The notes under the pieces are model-generated. The model made no database searches. It was not told the origin of the DNA and was given only the letters and a program-made list of their open reading frames with translations. A DNA stretch of 45,680 bases from contig CAMYOO010000041.1 in the NCBI GenBank assembly GCA_947260035.1, forward strand, positions 1 through 45,680, written 5' to 3'. This DNA is from an uncultured delta proteobacterium (GTDB taxonomy: Bacteria; Myxococcota_A; UBA9160; JAFDET01). This document shows, piece after piece, positions 31,937 to 44,240 of the stretch. A program made the translations under genes and the position numbers. Within the stretch, counting starts at the first letter, position 1. Every line of letters starts with the position of its first letter.

Positions 31937-32533
31937 CTACTTCTCGAGCTCGGTGTTCCAGTAAGAAGCGTCGACGATGTTCAGGAACGGCCGCCACTCG
32001 TTGTAGCGAACGCTGGAAATCATGAGGTTCATGAGCGGCGTCCAGCGCGGACGCAGCGGAAGGCGGCGCAGCTTCAGGCCGGCTTGCTCCGGCGTGCGGC
32101 CGCCCTTGCGTCGGTTGCAGTCGACGCACGAGCACACCACGTTCTCCCAGGTGCTGCGGCCGCCGAGCGCCCGCGGAACCACGTGGTCCAGGTTCAGCTC
32201 GGCGCGAGCGGGCTTGCGCCTGCAGTACTGACACGTGAAGCCGTCGCGCGCGAAGATGTTGATGCGGCTGAAGCGAACGTGGCGCTTGGGTACGCGGTCG
32301 AAGGCCACCAACACGATCACGCGCGGAACGCGCATGGCCCCGCCCGGGGTGCCGACGAAGTCCTCGTCCCGCGCCACGGCGAGCTGTTGCCAGCTCTCGA
32401 AGTCAAAGGTCTGGTACTGCTCGTCCACGGCCCGCGCGATGCCCTGGTAGATCAGCGAGAACGCCCGACGCACGCTGGTTACGTGAATCGGCAGGTAGGA
32501 CCGATTGAGAACGAGAACGCTCGAGCTCAGCAC
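31937..32533 (-). CDS. Small HNH endonuclease (McrA-like)
   Basis: VLVLNRSYLP, RDGFTCQYC, LDHVVPR, WENVVCSCVDCNRRKG. Confidence 0.92.
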   Translation of the reverse strand: MLSSSVLVLNRSYLPIHVTSVRRAFSLIYQGIARAVDEQYQTFDFESWQQLAVARDEDFVGTPGGAMRVPRVIVLVAFDRVPKRHVRFSRINIFARDGFTCQYCRRKPARAELNLDHVVPRALGGRSTWENVVCSCVDCNRRKGGRTPEQAGLKLRRLPLRPRWTPLMNLMISSVRYNEWRPFLNIVDASYWNTELEK

Positions 32534-32565
32534 TCCGCGAGAATAGCCCGAGGCGAGCATGAGGT

Positions 32566-33984
32566 TCAATCCGTGCGGCCCAGCGCGAAGGCCAGGGCGT
32601 GCTCCAGGTCGGCCTGGTCGCCGTCGAGCAGGGTGCGCACGTCGAGCAGCAGGGCGTCATCTCGGATCCGGCCGAGGACCGGAACCGGCGCCTCGCGAAG
32701 CCGGGCAGCCAGGGCATCGGGACCCCGTGATGCGCGCAACGCCACCACCCAGGTGGGAAGCTCGAAGCCGGGCAGCGACCCGCCCCCCACCGCCGAACGC
32801 TCCTGCTCCGCAGTGACGGCGGCGGCCGAGCCCAGGCGCTGGCCCAGCCGCAGCGCCAGCTTCTCCGCGTGGGCGCGCAGCTCGGATGCATCGGCGCCGA
32901 GCGCGCGCAGGGTCGGGATCCGCTCCGGGCGACCCTCCAGCAAGGCACGCAGAACGGCGTCGAGGGCTGCCAGGCCCAGCTTGTCCAGACGCAGCGCCCG
33001 GGCCAAGGGGTTGCGGGCCATGGCCTCTACGATCTCGTTGCGGCCCAGCACGATGCCCGCCTGCGGCCCGCCCAGGAGCTTGTCGCCCGAGAAGCAGACC
33101 AGGTCCGCACCCTGGCGCAGCCGCGCCGGCGCGAGGGTCTCGGCGGGCAGCTCCACGCCCGGCACGGACGTGAGGGTTCCGCTGCCCAGGTCCTCCACCA
33201 ACGGGATGCCGTGACGCCGGGCGATCTCGGCCAGCTCCTCCAGGCCGACCTCGGCCACGAAGCCGTGCTGCTCGAAGTTGCTGCGATGCACCTTGAGCAG
33301 CAGAGCCGTGTCGGAAGCGATGGCCTGTTCGTAATCGCGCGGGTGGGTGCGGTTGGTGGTGCCCACCTCCACCAGGCGGACGCCGGCCCGCTCCAGGATC
33401 TCGGGGACCCGGAACGAGCCGCCAATCTCCACCAGCTCGCCCCGAGAGACCACCACCTCGCGACCCCGAGCCAGGGTGTCCAGGGCCAGGAGCACTGCAG
33501 CCGCGTTGTTGTTCACCGCCAGCGCCGCCTCGGCTCCCGAGAGGATCACCAGCTTGTCGCGCAGCGAAGCCAGCCGATTGCCGCGGCCGCCGCCGGCCAG
33601 GTCGAGCTCCAGGTCGCTGTATCCGGCCGCGGCCTCGCTCACCGCGGCGGCGGCCTCCGCGCCCAACACGGCCCGCCCCAGGTTGGTGTGCAGCACCACC
33701 CCGGTAGCGTTGATGACGCGCCCCGGGCGCGGCCGGCACAGCCCCGCCGCCAGCCGGGCGGCCTGGGCCTCCAGGGCCCCGAGCGCCGGAGGCTCGGCCC
33801 CCGGGCTCGCATCCAGGTCGCGACGCGCGGCCGCGACGGCGCGTCTGGAACCCTCTACACGCGCCCAGGCCGGCAGATCCGGCCGGGACCGGGCCAGGAC
33901 CTCGGCCAAGCGCCCTACCGCGGGGAGACCGCTTCTCGGATCTGCCTTGACCTTGTCCCCGGGATGCATGATGTTGGATCTCAC
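32566..33984 (-). CDS. selA: L-seryl-tRNA(Sec) selenium transferase (exact start uncertain)
   Basis: INATGVVLHTNLGR, SRGELVEIGGSFR, EVGTTN, FSGDKLLGGPQAG. Confidence 0.95.
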   Translation of the reverse strand: MRSNIMHPGDKVKADPRSGLPAVGRLAEVLARSRPDLPAWARVEGSRRAVAAARRDLDASPGAEPPALGALEAQAARLAAGLCRPRPGRVINATGVVLHTNLGRAVLGAEAAAAVSEAAAGYSDLELDLAGGGRGNRLASLRDKLVILSGAEAALAVNNNAAAVLLALDTLARGREVVVSRGELVEIGGSFRVPEILERAGVRLVEVGTTNRTHPRDYEQAIASDTALLLKVHRSNFEQHGFVAEVGLEELAEIARRHGIPLVEDLGSGTLTSVPGVELPAETLAPARLRQGADLVCFSGDKLLGGPQAGIVLGRNEIVEAMARNPLARALRLDKLGLAALDAVLRALLEGRPERIPTLRALGADASELRAHAEKLALRLGQRLGSAAAVTAEQERSAVGGGSLPGFELPTWVVALRASRGPDALAARLREAPVPVLGRIRDDALLLDVRTLLDGDQADLEHALAFALGRTD

Positions 33985-34109
33985 GAGTTTGTGCGGCTCG
34001 GCAGGGTCCGGTTGATGGTGCCACGGTGCGCCAGCGGGCCTCGCCCGGGCGAGCGGGACGGGCGACGGGGAGGTCGTCCGCGGGGGCTCACCGGAGCAGG
34101 CCAGCCGTC

Positions 34110-34138
34110 ACGGTAGAGTGAGTCACATTGCGAGTCAA
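34110..34138 (-). promoter_or_regulatory. Candidate selA-operon promoter TTGACT-N17-TACCGT
   Basis: 17-nt spacing in the AT-richer part of the divergent intergenic region. Confidence 0.55.
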
Positions 34139-34355
34139 CGCTTTAGCCTTTGATTTCGGGAGCTTAGAGAGAGCCTCCCGTCCTCCGGACGGCGCCTTCC
34201 GCGCCCCCGTACCCCGCTTGGCCTCCCCGACTCTCAGGATCCACTGAGGTCCACGTCCCGCCTCAGGCCAGGCCAAGGCTCGCCCAATACAGGAGCGGCG
34301 TAGATCCGCATGTCCACCCCCTTGGGGGCCGGGCCCGCTCCGTGGGAAAGTCGAA

Positions 34356-36218
34356 ATGAGCAACGAGATCGTGGTGAACGCCACGCCGGGCGAGACCCGG
34401 GTGGCCATCCTCGAGAAGGGCAGCTTCGTCGAGCTCTTCATCGAGCGCGCCAGCACCCGCAGCATGGTGGGCAAGGTGGTCAAGGGCCGCGTCACCCGGG
34501 TGCTGCCGGGCATGCAGGCCGCCTTCGTGGACATCGGCCTGGAGAAGGCCGCCTTCCTCTACGTCGGCGACTACCTGGCGGAGACCGATTCGGACGACGG
34601 GGACTCCCGCCGCCGCCGCCGCAACGGTAACGGCCGCCAGATGCCCAAGATCGAGGCGCTGCTCTCCGAGGGCCAGGAGGTGGTGGTCCAGGTGGCCAAG
34701 GAACCCATCGGCACCAAGGGCGCCCGGATCACCTCCCACGTCTCCATCGCCGGCCGCCATCTGGTGCTGACGCCGTCGGGCCGCCGGGTGGGCGTCTCGC
34801 GGCGCATCGGCTCCGACAAGGAGCGCCGCCGACTGCGCGACACCGTGGAGCGAATGCGCCCCAAGGACCTGGGCTTCATCATCCGCACCGCCAGCGGCGG
34901 GGTCAAGGAGTCGGACCTGGAGGCCGACGTCAAGTACCTGTCGGAGACCTGGGAGGAGATCCAGTCGGGCAAGGCCCAGGCCCGCGCTCCGCACATCCTC
35001 TACCACGAGCCGGACCTGCCCATGCGGGTGATCCGCGACGCGGTGGGCGACGAGACCAAGCGCATCGTGATCGACGACCCGGATGTGTACGCGGAGATGA
35101 AGAAGTTCGTCGATCGCTTCATGGTCGATCCGCCGACCATCGAGCACTACGAAGGTGACCTTCCCATCTTCGACCACTTCCAGCTCGAGGAGCAGATCGA
35201 CCGGAACCTGGGCCGGAAGGTATGGCTCAAGAGCGGCGGCTACCTGATCGTCGACCAGAGCGAGGCCCTCACCGCCATCGACGTCAACACCGGCCGCTAC
35301 GTGGGCAAGCGCGACCTGGAGGAGACGGTCCTCAAGACCAACCTCGAGGCGGTGCGCGAGGTGGTGCACCAGCTCCGCTTCCGCAACATCGGTGGGCTGA
35401 TCATCATCGACCTGATCGACATGGACGACTTCACCAACCGGGAGAAGGTGTATCGCGCCCTCCAGGAGGTCCTGCGCGGCGACAAGGCCCGCACCAACAT
35501 CCTCAAGATCTCGGAGCTCGGGCTCGTGGAGATGACGCGCAAGCGCACCCGCGAGAACCTGGTGCAGGTGCTGGGCGAGCCGTGCTCCTACTGCGAGGGC
35601 AAGGGCTACGTGCTCTCGCCCGAGAGCGTCGCCTTCCGCGTGCTGCGGGAGATCCGCAAGGACCTGCCCCGGCTGAGCGGCCAGCGCATCGCGGTGACCG
35701 TCTCGCGCCGGGTGGGTGAGCTGCTGCTGGGCCGTGACCGGCCTGCGCTGGAGGCCCTGGAGGCAACGCTCGGCCGCGAGATCGAGATCTCGGTGCGCCC
35801 CAACCTGCACCACGAGCAGTTCGAGGTCCGCACCAGCGATCCGGGCAGCGGCATTGCCTTCACCCCGGCCTGGCTGGGCGAGGGGCCGGGCAACGGTGCC
35901 GACGTCGAGGCCGAGGACGCCGAGGTGGAGGCCGATGAGGAGGCGGCCGCGGCCCGGGCGGCGCAGGAGGCTGCGGAGGCCGACGCCCCGGCAGAACCCG
36001 ACGTGGCCGAGGAGACCGGAGAGCCCTTGGAGGCCCCGGCTGCCGACATCGAGACAGCCGGTCTGGAGGCGCCCTCCGGGGCCCCGGAGCCCTTTCAGGC
36101 GCTGCCGGCCGAGCCGCCTCCCGCCCCGGAGCCGGACCCGGGCCTCGAGCCGCAGGCGCTTGACGCCGAAGAGGAATCCCGGATACTGCCGGATTCCGAA
36201 AAGCCCGAGGGTTCGTGA
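34356..36218 (+). CDS. Rne/Rng family ribonuclease with acidic disordered tail
   Basis: VLPGMQAAFVDIG, KEPIGTKGAR, IDVNTG, GGLIIIDLIDM, Zn-link CSYC; E/A/P-rich C-terminus. Confidence 0.95.
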   Translation: MSNEIVVNATPGETRVAILEKGSFVELFIERASTRSMVGKVVKGRVTRVLPGMQAAFVDIGLEKAAFLYVGDYLAETDSDDGDSRRRRRNGNGRQMPKIEALLSEGQEVVVQVAKEPIGTKGARITSHVSIAGRHLVLTPSGRRVGVSRRIGSDKERRRLRDTVERMRPKDLGFIIRTASGGVKESDLEADVKYLSETWEEIQSGKAQARAPHILYHEPDLPMRVIRDAVGDETKRIVIDDPDVYAEMKKFVDRFMVDPPTIEHYEGDLPIFDHFQLEEQIDRNLGRKVWLKSGGYLIVDQSEALTAIDVNTGRYVGKRDLEETVLKTNLEAVREVVHQLRFRNIGGLIIIDLIDMDDFTNREKVYRALQEVLRGDKARTNILKISELGLVEMTRKRTRENLVQVLGEPCSYCEGKGYVLSPESVAFRVLREIRKDLPRLSGQRIAVTVSRRVGELLLGRDRPALEALEATLGREIEISVRPNLHHEQFEVRTSDPGSGIAFTPAWLGEGPGNGADVEAEDAEVEADEEAAAARAAQEAAEADAPAEPDVAEETGEPLEAPAADIETAGLEAPSGAPEPFQALPAEPPPAPEPDPGLEPQALDAEEESRILPDSEKPEGS

Positions 36219-36529
36219 TGTACGCGGTCGTCCGCAGCGGTGGTAAGCAGGTCCGGGTCGAGCCCGGCAAGAAGGTCCGCGTCGAGAAGCTGGCCGGTGA
36301 GGTCGGCTCTCAGGTGGAGCTCGACGATGTCCTCCTGGTAGGAGGCGAGGGCGAGGCTCGCGTGGGGCGCCCGCGCGTGGACGGCGCCCGGGTGCTGGGA
36401 ACCATCACCGCCCAGGGCCGCGGCGCCAAGATCGTGGTCTGGAAGTTCAAGCGCCGCAAGAACTACCGGCGCAAGCAGGGTCACCGCCAGGCCTACACCG
36501 AGATCCAGGTCGACCAGATCGCAGGCTAG
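36218..36529 (+). CDS. rplU: 50S ribosomal protein L21
   Basis: [27 protein letters not shown]. Confidence 0.97.
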   Translation: MYAVVRSGGKQVRVEPGKKVRVEKLAGEVGSQVELDDVLLVGGEGEARVGRPRVDGARVLGTITAQGRGAKIVVWKFKRRKNYRRKQGHRQAYTEIQVDQIAG

Positions 36530-36555
36530 CCCGCACAGGGACCGAGGAAGATCCG

Positions 36556-36810
36556 ATGGCGCACAAAAAGGGACAGGGCAGCTCACGCAACGGTCGCGAC
36601 AGCAACTCGCAGCGCCGGGGCGTGAAGCGCTTCGGTGGCCAGAACGTGCGGGCGGGCAACATCCTCGTCCGCCAGCTTGGAACCCGGATCCATCCGGGCC
36701 GCAACGTCGGCTGCGGAAGGGATTACACGCTCTTCGCGCTGTGCGACGGCGTCGTGCAGTATGGCCGTTCGCGCGGTCGCGTCGTCGCCACCATCGAGCC
36801 GCCCGCCTAG
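36556..36810 (+). CDS. rpmA: 50S ribosomal protein L27
   Basis: [16 protein letters not shown]. Confidence 0.98.
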   Translation: MAHKKGQGSSRNGRDSNSQRRGVKRFGGQNVRAGNILVRQLGTRIHPGRNVGCGRDYTLFALCDGVVQYGRSRGRVVATIEPPA

Positions 36811-36815
36811 GATAG

Positions 36816-39081
<2,266 letters not shown>

Positions 39082-39085
<4 letters not shown>

Positions 39086-40338
39086 CCGACCTCTCCCGCG
39101 ACATCGAAACGCTGGCGCGTCGCGCCCGCGAGGCATCCCACACCTTGGCTGCGCTGTCCTCACGCGAGAAGAACGGCTGGCTCGAGGCGGCGGCCGCGCG
39201 ACTGGAAGCCTCCAAGAGCGCCATCCTGGAGGCCAACCAGGTCGACCTGGCCGAGGCCCGGGACAAGGGCCTGTCCGAGCCCATGGTCAAGCGCCTGGAC
39301 CTGGCCGAGAAGTGGAGCGACATGGTGGCGGGCCTGCGCGACGTGGCCGCGCTGCCGGATCCCGTGGGCGAGATGAGCGAAGTCTCGGTGCGGCCCAACG
39401 GGCTCCAGGTGGGACGCATGCGCATCCCCCTGGGCGTCATCGCGATCATCTACGAGTCGCGCCCCAACGTGACCGTGGACGCGGCGGCCCTGTGCGTGAA
39501 GTCAGGCAACGCGGTGATCCTGCGCGGCGGTTCCGAGGCCTTCAACACCAACGGCGCCCTGGCCGAGGCCCTGCGCGAGGCGGCACGCGAGGTGGGCCTG
39601 CCGCAGGACGCGCTGGCCCTGATTCCCACGCGCGACCGCGCCGCGGTGGACGCCTTGCTGCGCCAGCACCGTTACGTGGATCTGCTGATCCCCCGAGGCG
39701 GTCCCGGCTTGATCCGCAAGTGCACCGAGGAGTCGACGATCCCCGTGGTGGCTCACGACGCGGGCGTGTCCCACGTGTTCCTGGACGCCAGCGCGGACCC
39801 CGACATGGCACGCGCCATCGTGCTCGACTCCAAGATCCGTCAGATGGCGGTGTGCAACGGAATCGAGACGCTGCTCGTGCACCGGGACGCCGTGCACAAC
39901 GTGCTTCCCGACGTCCTCAAGGCGCTGCACGAGGAGGGCGTCGAGATCCGCGGCTGCCGCGTGACCTGCGAGACGTTTTCCGAGGCGGTCCCCGCCAACG
40001 AAGCGGATTGGGGCGAGGAGTACCTGGGACCCATCCTGGCCGTGCGCGTGGTGGAAGGACTGGACGCCGCCATCGAGCACATTCGAAACTACGGCTCCGA
40101 CCACACCGAAGTCATCGTCACCCGCGACTACGAGAGCGCCCAGGCGTTCGTACGCCGGCTCGACTCCTCGGTCGTAGGCGTCAACTGCTCGACGGCATTC
40201 TCCGACGGCTATCGACTGGGCCTGGGTGCGGAGATCGGGATCTCGACGTCCAAGCTTCACTGGTACGGGCCCATGGGGCTCGAAGGGCTCACGACCCGGA
40301 AGTTCGTGCTGTTCGGAAACGGACAGCTTCGCGAATGA
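39082..40338 (+). CDS. proA: Gamma-glutamyl phosphate reductase
   Basis: IYESRPNVT, KSGNAVILRGG, VCN, GAEIGIST..H..GPMGL. Confidence 0.96.
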
Positions 40339-41009
40339 ACCGGACCCGGGGACGCGCCCGCGTCGGAGTCTTCGGCGGAACCTTCAACCCCATCCATCTG
40401 GGTCACCTGCGCGCGGCCGAAGAGGCGGCCGAGGCGCTCGACCTGGAACGGGTGCTGTTCGTGCCCAGTGCGCGCCCACCTCACAAGGAGGCCGACCCGG
40501 AAGCGATTGCGCCGGCGGACCACCGCCTGGAGTGGGTGCGGTTGGCCGTCGCGGGAAACGCGCGCTTCCAGGTCGACCCCGTCGAGGTGGAGCGCGGCGG
40601 GCCCTCCTTTCTGGTGGATACGCTTCCGGAGGTCCACGCGCGGGTCGGGCCCGTCTGGTTCCTGCTGGGACGGGACGCGTTCGCCGAGATGGCCACCTGG
40701 CGCGAGCCCGAGCGACTGCTGACCCTGGCCGACTTCGCCGTGCTCACGCGCCCCCCGGTTCGCAAGGGCTCGCTGGCCGAGTGGCTGCCCGCGCCCCTGG
40801 CCGAGGCGCTGGAGATGGCCCCCGACGGGCGCTCGGCGGTCCACCGCGACGCGGGAACCCGGGTGCACCTGGTCGAGATCACGGCACTGGACGTCTCCTC
40901 CTCGGACATTCGCGCACGGCTGCGCGAGGCACGCTCCGTGCGCTATCTCATTCCCGACTCCGTCCGTGAGGCGATCGAGCGGAGCGCTGTCTATCGGAGG
41001 GTTTCTTGA
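40335..41009 (+). CDS. nadD: Nicotinate-nucleotide adenylyltransferase
   Basis: GGTFNPIHLGH, PPHK, VSSSDIR. Confidence 0.95.
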   Translation: MNRTRGRARVGVFGGTFNPIHLGHLRAAEEAAEALDLERVLFVPSARPPHKEADPEAIAPADHRLEWVRLAVAGNARFQVDPVEVERGGPSFLVDTLPEVHARVGPVWFLLGRDAFAEMATWREPERLLTLADFAVLTRPPVRKGSLAEWLPAPLAEALEMAPDGRSAVHRDAGTRVHLVEITALDVSSSDIRARLREARSVRYLIPDSVREAIERSAVYRRVS

Positions 41010-41356
41010 GCGAAGAGCGGCTGGATCGCATGCGGAAGCTCGCCGACGTCATCCTCGACAAGAAGGGCGAAGACCTGGTCGCACTGGACGTACGCGAAGT
41101 CTCCTCCTTTGCGGATGGATTCCTGCTGGCGTCGGGCACGTCGGATCGGCACGTGCGGACCCTTGCCGACGCGGTGGTCGAGCGCGCACGCGAGCTGGGC
41201 GACCAGCCCCTGGGCGTCGAAGGGTACGGCGACGGGCGCTGGGTGCTGATCGACCTGGGCGACCTGGTGATTCATTTGTTCCAGCGCGAAGTGCGCGAGC
41301 ACTACGACCTCGAGCGCCTGTGGAGCGACGCGGCCCGCGTCGCGGTCGGCGAGTGA
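41006..41356 (+). CDS. rsfS: Ribosome silencing factor
   Basis: DKKGEDLVALD, WVLIDLGDLVIHLF, YDLERLW. Confidence 0.95.
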   Translation: MSEERLDRMRKLADVILDKKGEDLVALDVREVSSFADGFLLASGTSDRHVRTLADAVVERARELGDQPLGVEGYGDGRWVLIDLGDLVIHLFQREVREHYDLERLWSDAARVAVGE

Positions 41357-44163
41357 GGCAACTTCTAGCGGGCTTGCTGGGTGTGCTCGGCCTGCTCCTC
41401 GCGGCCCCTGCCACCGCCCAGCCGGCCTCCTCGGCGGCGTGGGAGCGCGTCCTGGAGCGAGTCGTACCGGCCGTCGTCGTGCTGCGTGTCAGCGAGACCC
41501 GGCCCTTCGACACCGAGCCCACGGGCACGGCCACTGCCACCGGCTTCATCGTCGATGCCGAGCAAGGCATCATCCTCACCAACCGGCACGTGGTAAGCCC
41601 GGGACCGGTGGTGGCCGAGGCGGTGTTCCAGAACCACGAGGAAGTCGCCGTTCAGGCGATCTACCGCGATCCCGTCCACGACTTCGGCTTCTTCCGCTAC
41701 GACCCTTCGAGCGTCCGCTTCATGCGCCGCGCTCAGCTCGAGCTGGCCCCGGACCAGGTGCGCGTCGGCGCCGAGGTGCGCGTGATCGGGAACGACGCCG
41801 GCGAGAAGCTCTCCATCCTGGCGGGAACCCTGGCCCGCCTGGATCGTTCCGCCCCCCACTACGGAAAGGGTCGCTACAGCGACTTCAACACCTTCTACTT
41901 TCAAGCTGCGTCCAATACCTCCGGTGGATCTTCGGGCTCACCGGTGATCGATCGCAGCGGGCGCGTGGTGGCGCTCAATGCGGGCGGAAAGCAGCGTGCA
42001 GCATCGAGCTACTACCTGCCGCTCGACCGCGTGGTGCGAGCCCTGGAGCTGATCCGCCGCGGAGAGCCGGTGTCCCGGGGCACGCTCCAGACGATCTTCG
42101 AGCATCAGCCGTACGACGAGGTGCGCCGCCTGGGTCTGCGTCCCGACACCGAGGCAGAGGTGCGGCGCGCCCATCCCGCGGCCACCGGAATGCTGGTGGT
42201 GGGGCAGGTGATTCCCGATGGGCCGGCCGACGATGCGCTGCAGCCCGGCGACGTGCTGGTGCGGGTGGCCGGAAAGCGGGTCACCGGGTTCCTCCCCCTG
42301 GAGGCCGCGCTCGATGATCGCGTCGGCCAGACCCTGGAGCTGAAGGTGGAGCGCGGCGGCGAGCCCCACCAGCTGCAGCTCGAAGTGGGCGATCTGCACG
42401 CGATCACGCCGGACAGCTACCTGGAGGTGGGCGGCGCGGTCCTCAACTCGTTCTCGTACCAGCAGGCGCGAAACTACGGGCTGCCCGTGCGAGGCGCCTA
42501 CCTGGCCCATGGCGGCTACATGTTCCGGCGCGCCGGGATCCCGAGCCGCTCGCTCATCACCCGCGTCGGCGGTACCGACACACCGACCCTGGACGTGCTG
42601 GAAGAGGCCCTGGCAAAGCTGTCCGACGGCGCGCGGGTCCCGGTCCGCTTCCGACGCGCCCAGATGGCGCGCAACGAGGAGGTGCGGGTGGTCCGCATCG
42701 ACCGGCGCTGGAACGACATGCGTCGCTGCACACGCGACGACGCCAGCGGCAACTGGCCCTGCGTCGATCTGCCGCCGCCTCCCCCGCCCGAAGCGGCCTC
42801 TCCCTCGACCACCAGCTTTCCTTCCGGCGGCGATGGCCGTACGCGCAAGGTGGCGCGCTCACTCGCGGTGGTGCGCTTCCACGTCCCCTTCCGCGTAGAC
42901 GGCGTCAGCGGCGACTCCTACCTGGGCGCCGGCGTGGTGATCGATGCCGAACGCGGCCTCGTTCTGACGGACCGCGACACGGTTCCCGTGGCGATGGGCG
43001 ATGCCACGCTGACCTTCGCCGGGTCCATCGAGGTGCCGGCGCAGCTGGCCTACATCCACCCCGAGCACAACCTGGCGGTGCTGCGCTACGACCCGGCGCT
43101 GCTGGGTGAGACGCCGGTGCGAAGCGCGTCCCTCCACGCCCGGGAGCTGGAGCCCGGCGACGATCTGTGGCTCGTGGCCCTGACCTCGTCCCTGCAGCTG
43201 GTCTCTGAGAAGGCGCGGGTGTCGCAGGTGGAGGTGGCGTCCCTGCCCACGCCCTCACCACCGCGCTTCCGCGAGACGAACGTAGAGCTGGTCGCGCTGT
43301 CCCGTGCACCCAAGGGCGTCGGCGGCGCTCTGGTGGACCGCTGGGGCCGGGTGGTGGCGCTCTGGTCCTCGTTCTCCGCCGCAGGCAAGGACGGGCCGCG
43401 CGCCTTCTTCGCCGGCATTCCGTCGGAGCTTCTGCTCGACGTGATCGGGCCCATGCGCGAAGGCGGGCTGCCCGAATGGCGGAGCCTCGGTGCCGAGCTG
43501 CGCCCGCTCTCGCTGGCCGACGCCCGTACGCGGGGTCTCTCGGAAGAGGCCGCCCGCACCCTGGAAGACCACGATCCGCAGCGACGCCGTGTCCTCGACG
43601 TAGCGCGCGTGGCCGCCGACGTGCGCGCCTCGGAGATCCTGGAGGAGGGCGACCTGCTCCTGGCCATCGACGGCAGCCCGGTGACCCGTGTGCGCGAGGT
43701 GGAGCGCGCCGTGGCGCGCCGGCCCGAGGTGGAGCTGACACTGTTGCGCGACGGAAAGGAGATCCGCGTTCGCGTGCCCACCGACACGCTGGACGGGAAC
43801 GGCACCCAGCGGGCCCTGCTGTGGGCGGGGGCGCTTCTCCAGGTCCCCCACCGCGCCGTCGCGGCCCAGCGCGGCCTGCCGCGCGAAGGCCTGTACGTAT
43901 CCTGGTACGCGTGGGGCTCCCCCGCTCACCGCTACGGCCTGGGGGCAACCCGCCGCATCGTGGCGGCCGACGGAAAGCCCACGCCGGACCTGGACTCCTT
44001 CCTGGCGGCCGTGGGCGAGAGGCGCGACCGCGACTCCGTCCGGCTGCGCACGCTCAGCCTCGAGGGCCGCACCGACGTCATCACCCTCAAGCTGGACCAG
44101 CGCTACTGGCCGCCCGCCGAGCTGCGGCGCGGCCCGAACGGCTGGGAGCGCATCCAGCACTAG
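41353..44163 (+). CDS. Secreted HtrA-family protease with Nma111/DEG7-type tandem (protease-PDZ-PDZ)x2 architecture
   Basis: Signal peptide ending APATA; triad TNRHV / HDFGF / GGSSGSPV; second degenerate protease domain (TDRDTV, HNLA, KGVGG); several PDZ-like segments. Confidence 0.85.
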   Translation: MRQLLAGLLGVLGLLLAAPATAQPASSAAWERVLERVVPAVVVLRVSETRPFDTEPTGTATATGFIVDAEQGIILTNRHVVSPGPVVAEAVFQNHEEVAVQAIYRDPVHDFGFFRYDPSSVRFMRRAQLELAPDQVRVGAEVRVIGNDAGEKLSILAGTLARLDRSAPHYGKGRYSDFNTFYFQAASNTSGGSSGSPVIDRSGRVVALNAGGKQRAASSYYLPLDRVVRALELIRRGEPVSRGTLQTIFEHQPYDEVRRLGLRPDTEAEVRRAHPAATGMLVVGQVIPDGPADDALQPGDVLVRVAGKRVTGFLPLEAALDDRVGQTLELKVERGGEPHQLQLEVGDLHAITPDSYLEVGGAVLNSFSYQQARNYGLPVRGAYLAHGGYMFRRAGIPSRSLITRVGGTDTPTLDVLEEALAKLSDGARVPVRFRRAQMARNEEVRVVRIDRRWNDMRRCTRDDASGNWPCVDLPPPPPPEAASPSTTSFPSGGDGRTRKVARSLAVVRFHVPFRVDGVSGDSYLGAGVVIDAERGLVLTDRDTVPVAMGDATLTFAGSIEVPAQLAYIHPEHNLAVLRYDPALLGETPVRSASLHARELEPGDDLWLVALTSSLQLVSEKARVSQVEVASLPTPSPPRFRETNVELVALSRAPKGVGGALVDRWGRVVALWSSFSAAGKDGPRAFFAGIPSELLLDVIGPMREGGLPEWRSLGAELRPLSLADARTRGLSEEAARTLEDHDPQRRRVLDVARVAADVRASEILEEGDLLLAIDGSPVTRVREVERAVARRPEVELTLLRDGKEIRVRVPTDTLDGNGTQRALLWAGALLQVPHRAVAAQRGLPREGLYVSWYAWGSPAHRYGLGATRRIVAADGKPTPDLDSFLAAVGERRDRDSVRLRTLSLEGRTDVITLKLDQRYWPPAELRRGPNGWERIQH

Positions 44164-44240
44164 CCGAACCTGAGTCAGGAGACGGTCCTTCGGGCGATCC
44201 GGGCTACGGTTGCTGCTTGCCCGGTCCCGGGGAGCTGCCA

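Noticed and set aside
31937-32533. HNH as Cas9/IscB, intron or defence nuclease
   Set aside because: Stand-alone 198-aa McrA-like protein with no RuvC, guide-RNA locus, RT or methylase nearby
33985-34355. tRNA-Sec or SECIS next to selA
   Set aside because: No cloverleaf, UCA anticodon arm or T-loop visible; no in-frame TGA selenoprotein recognised in the window
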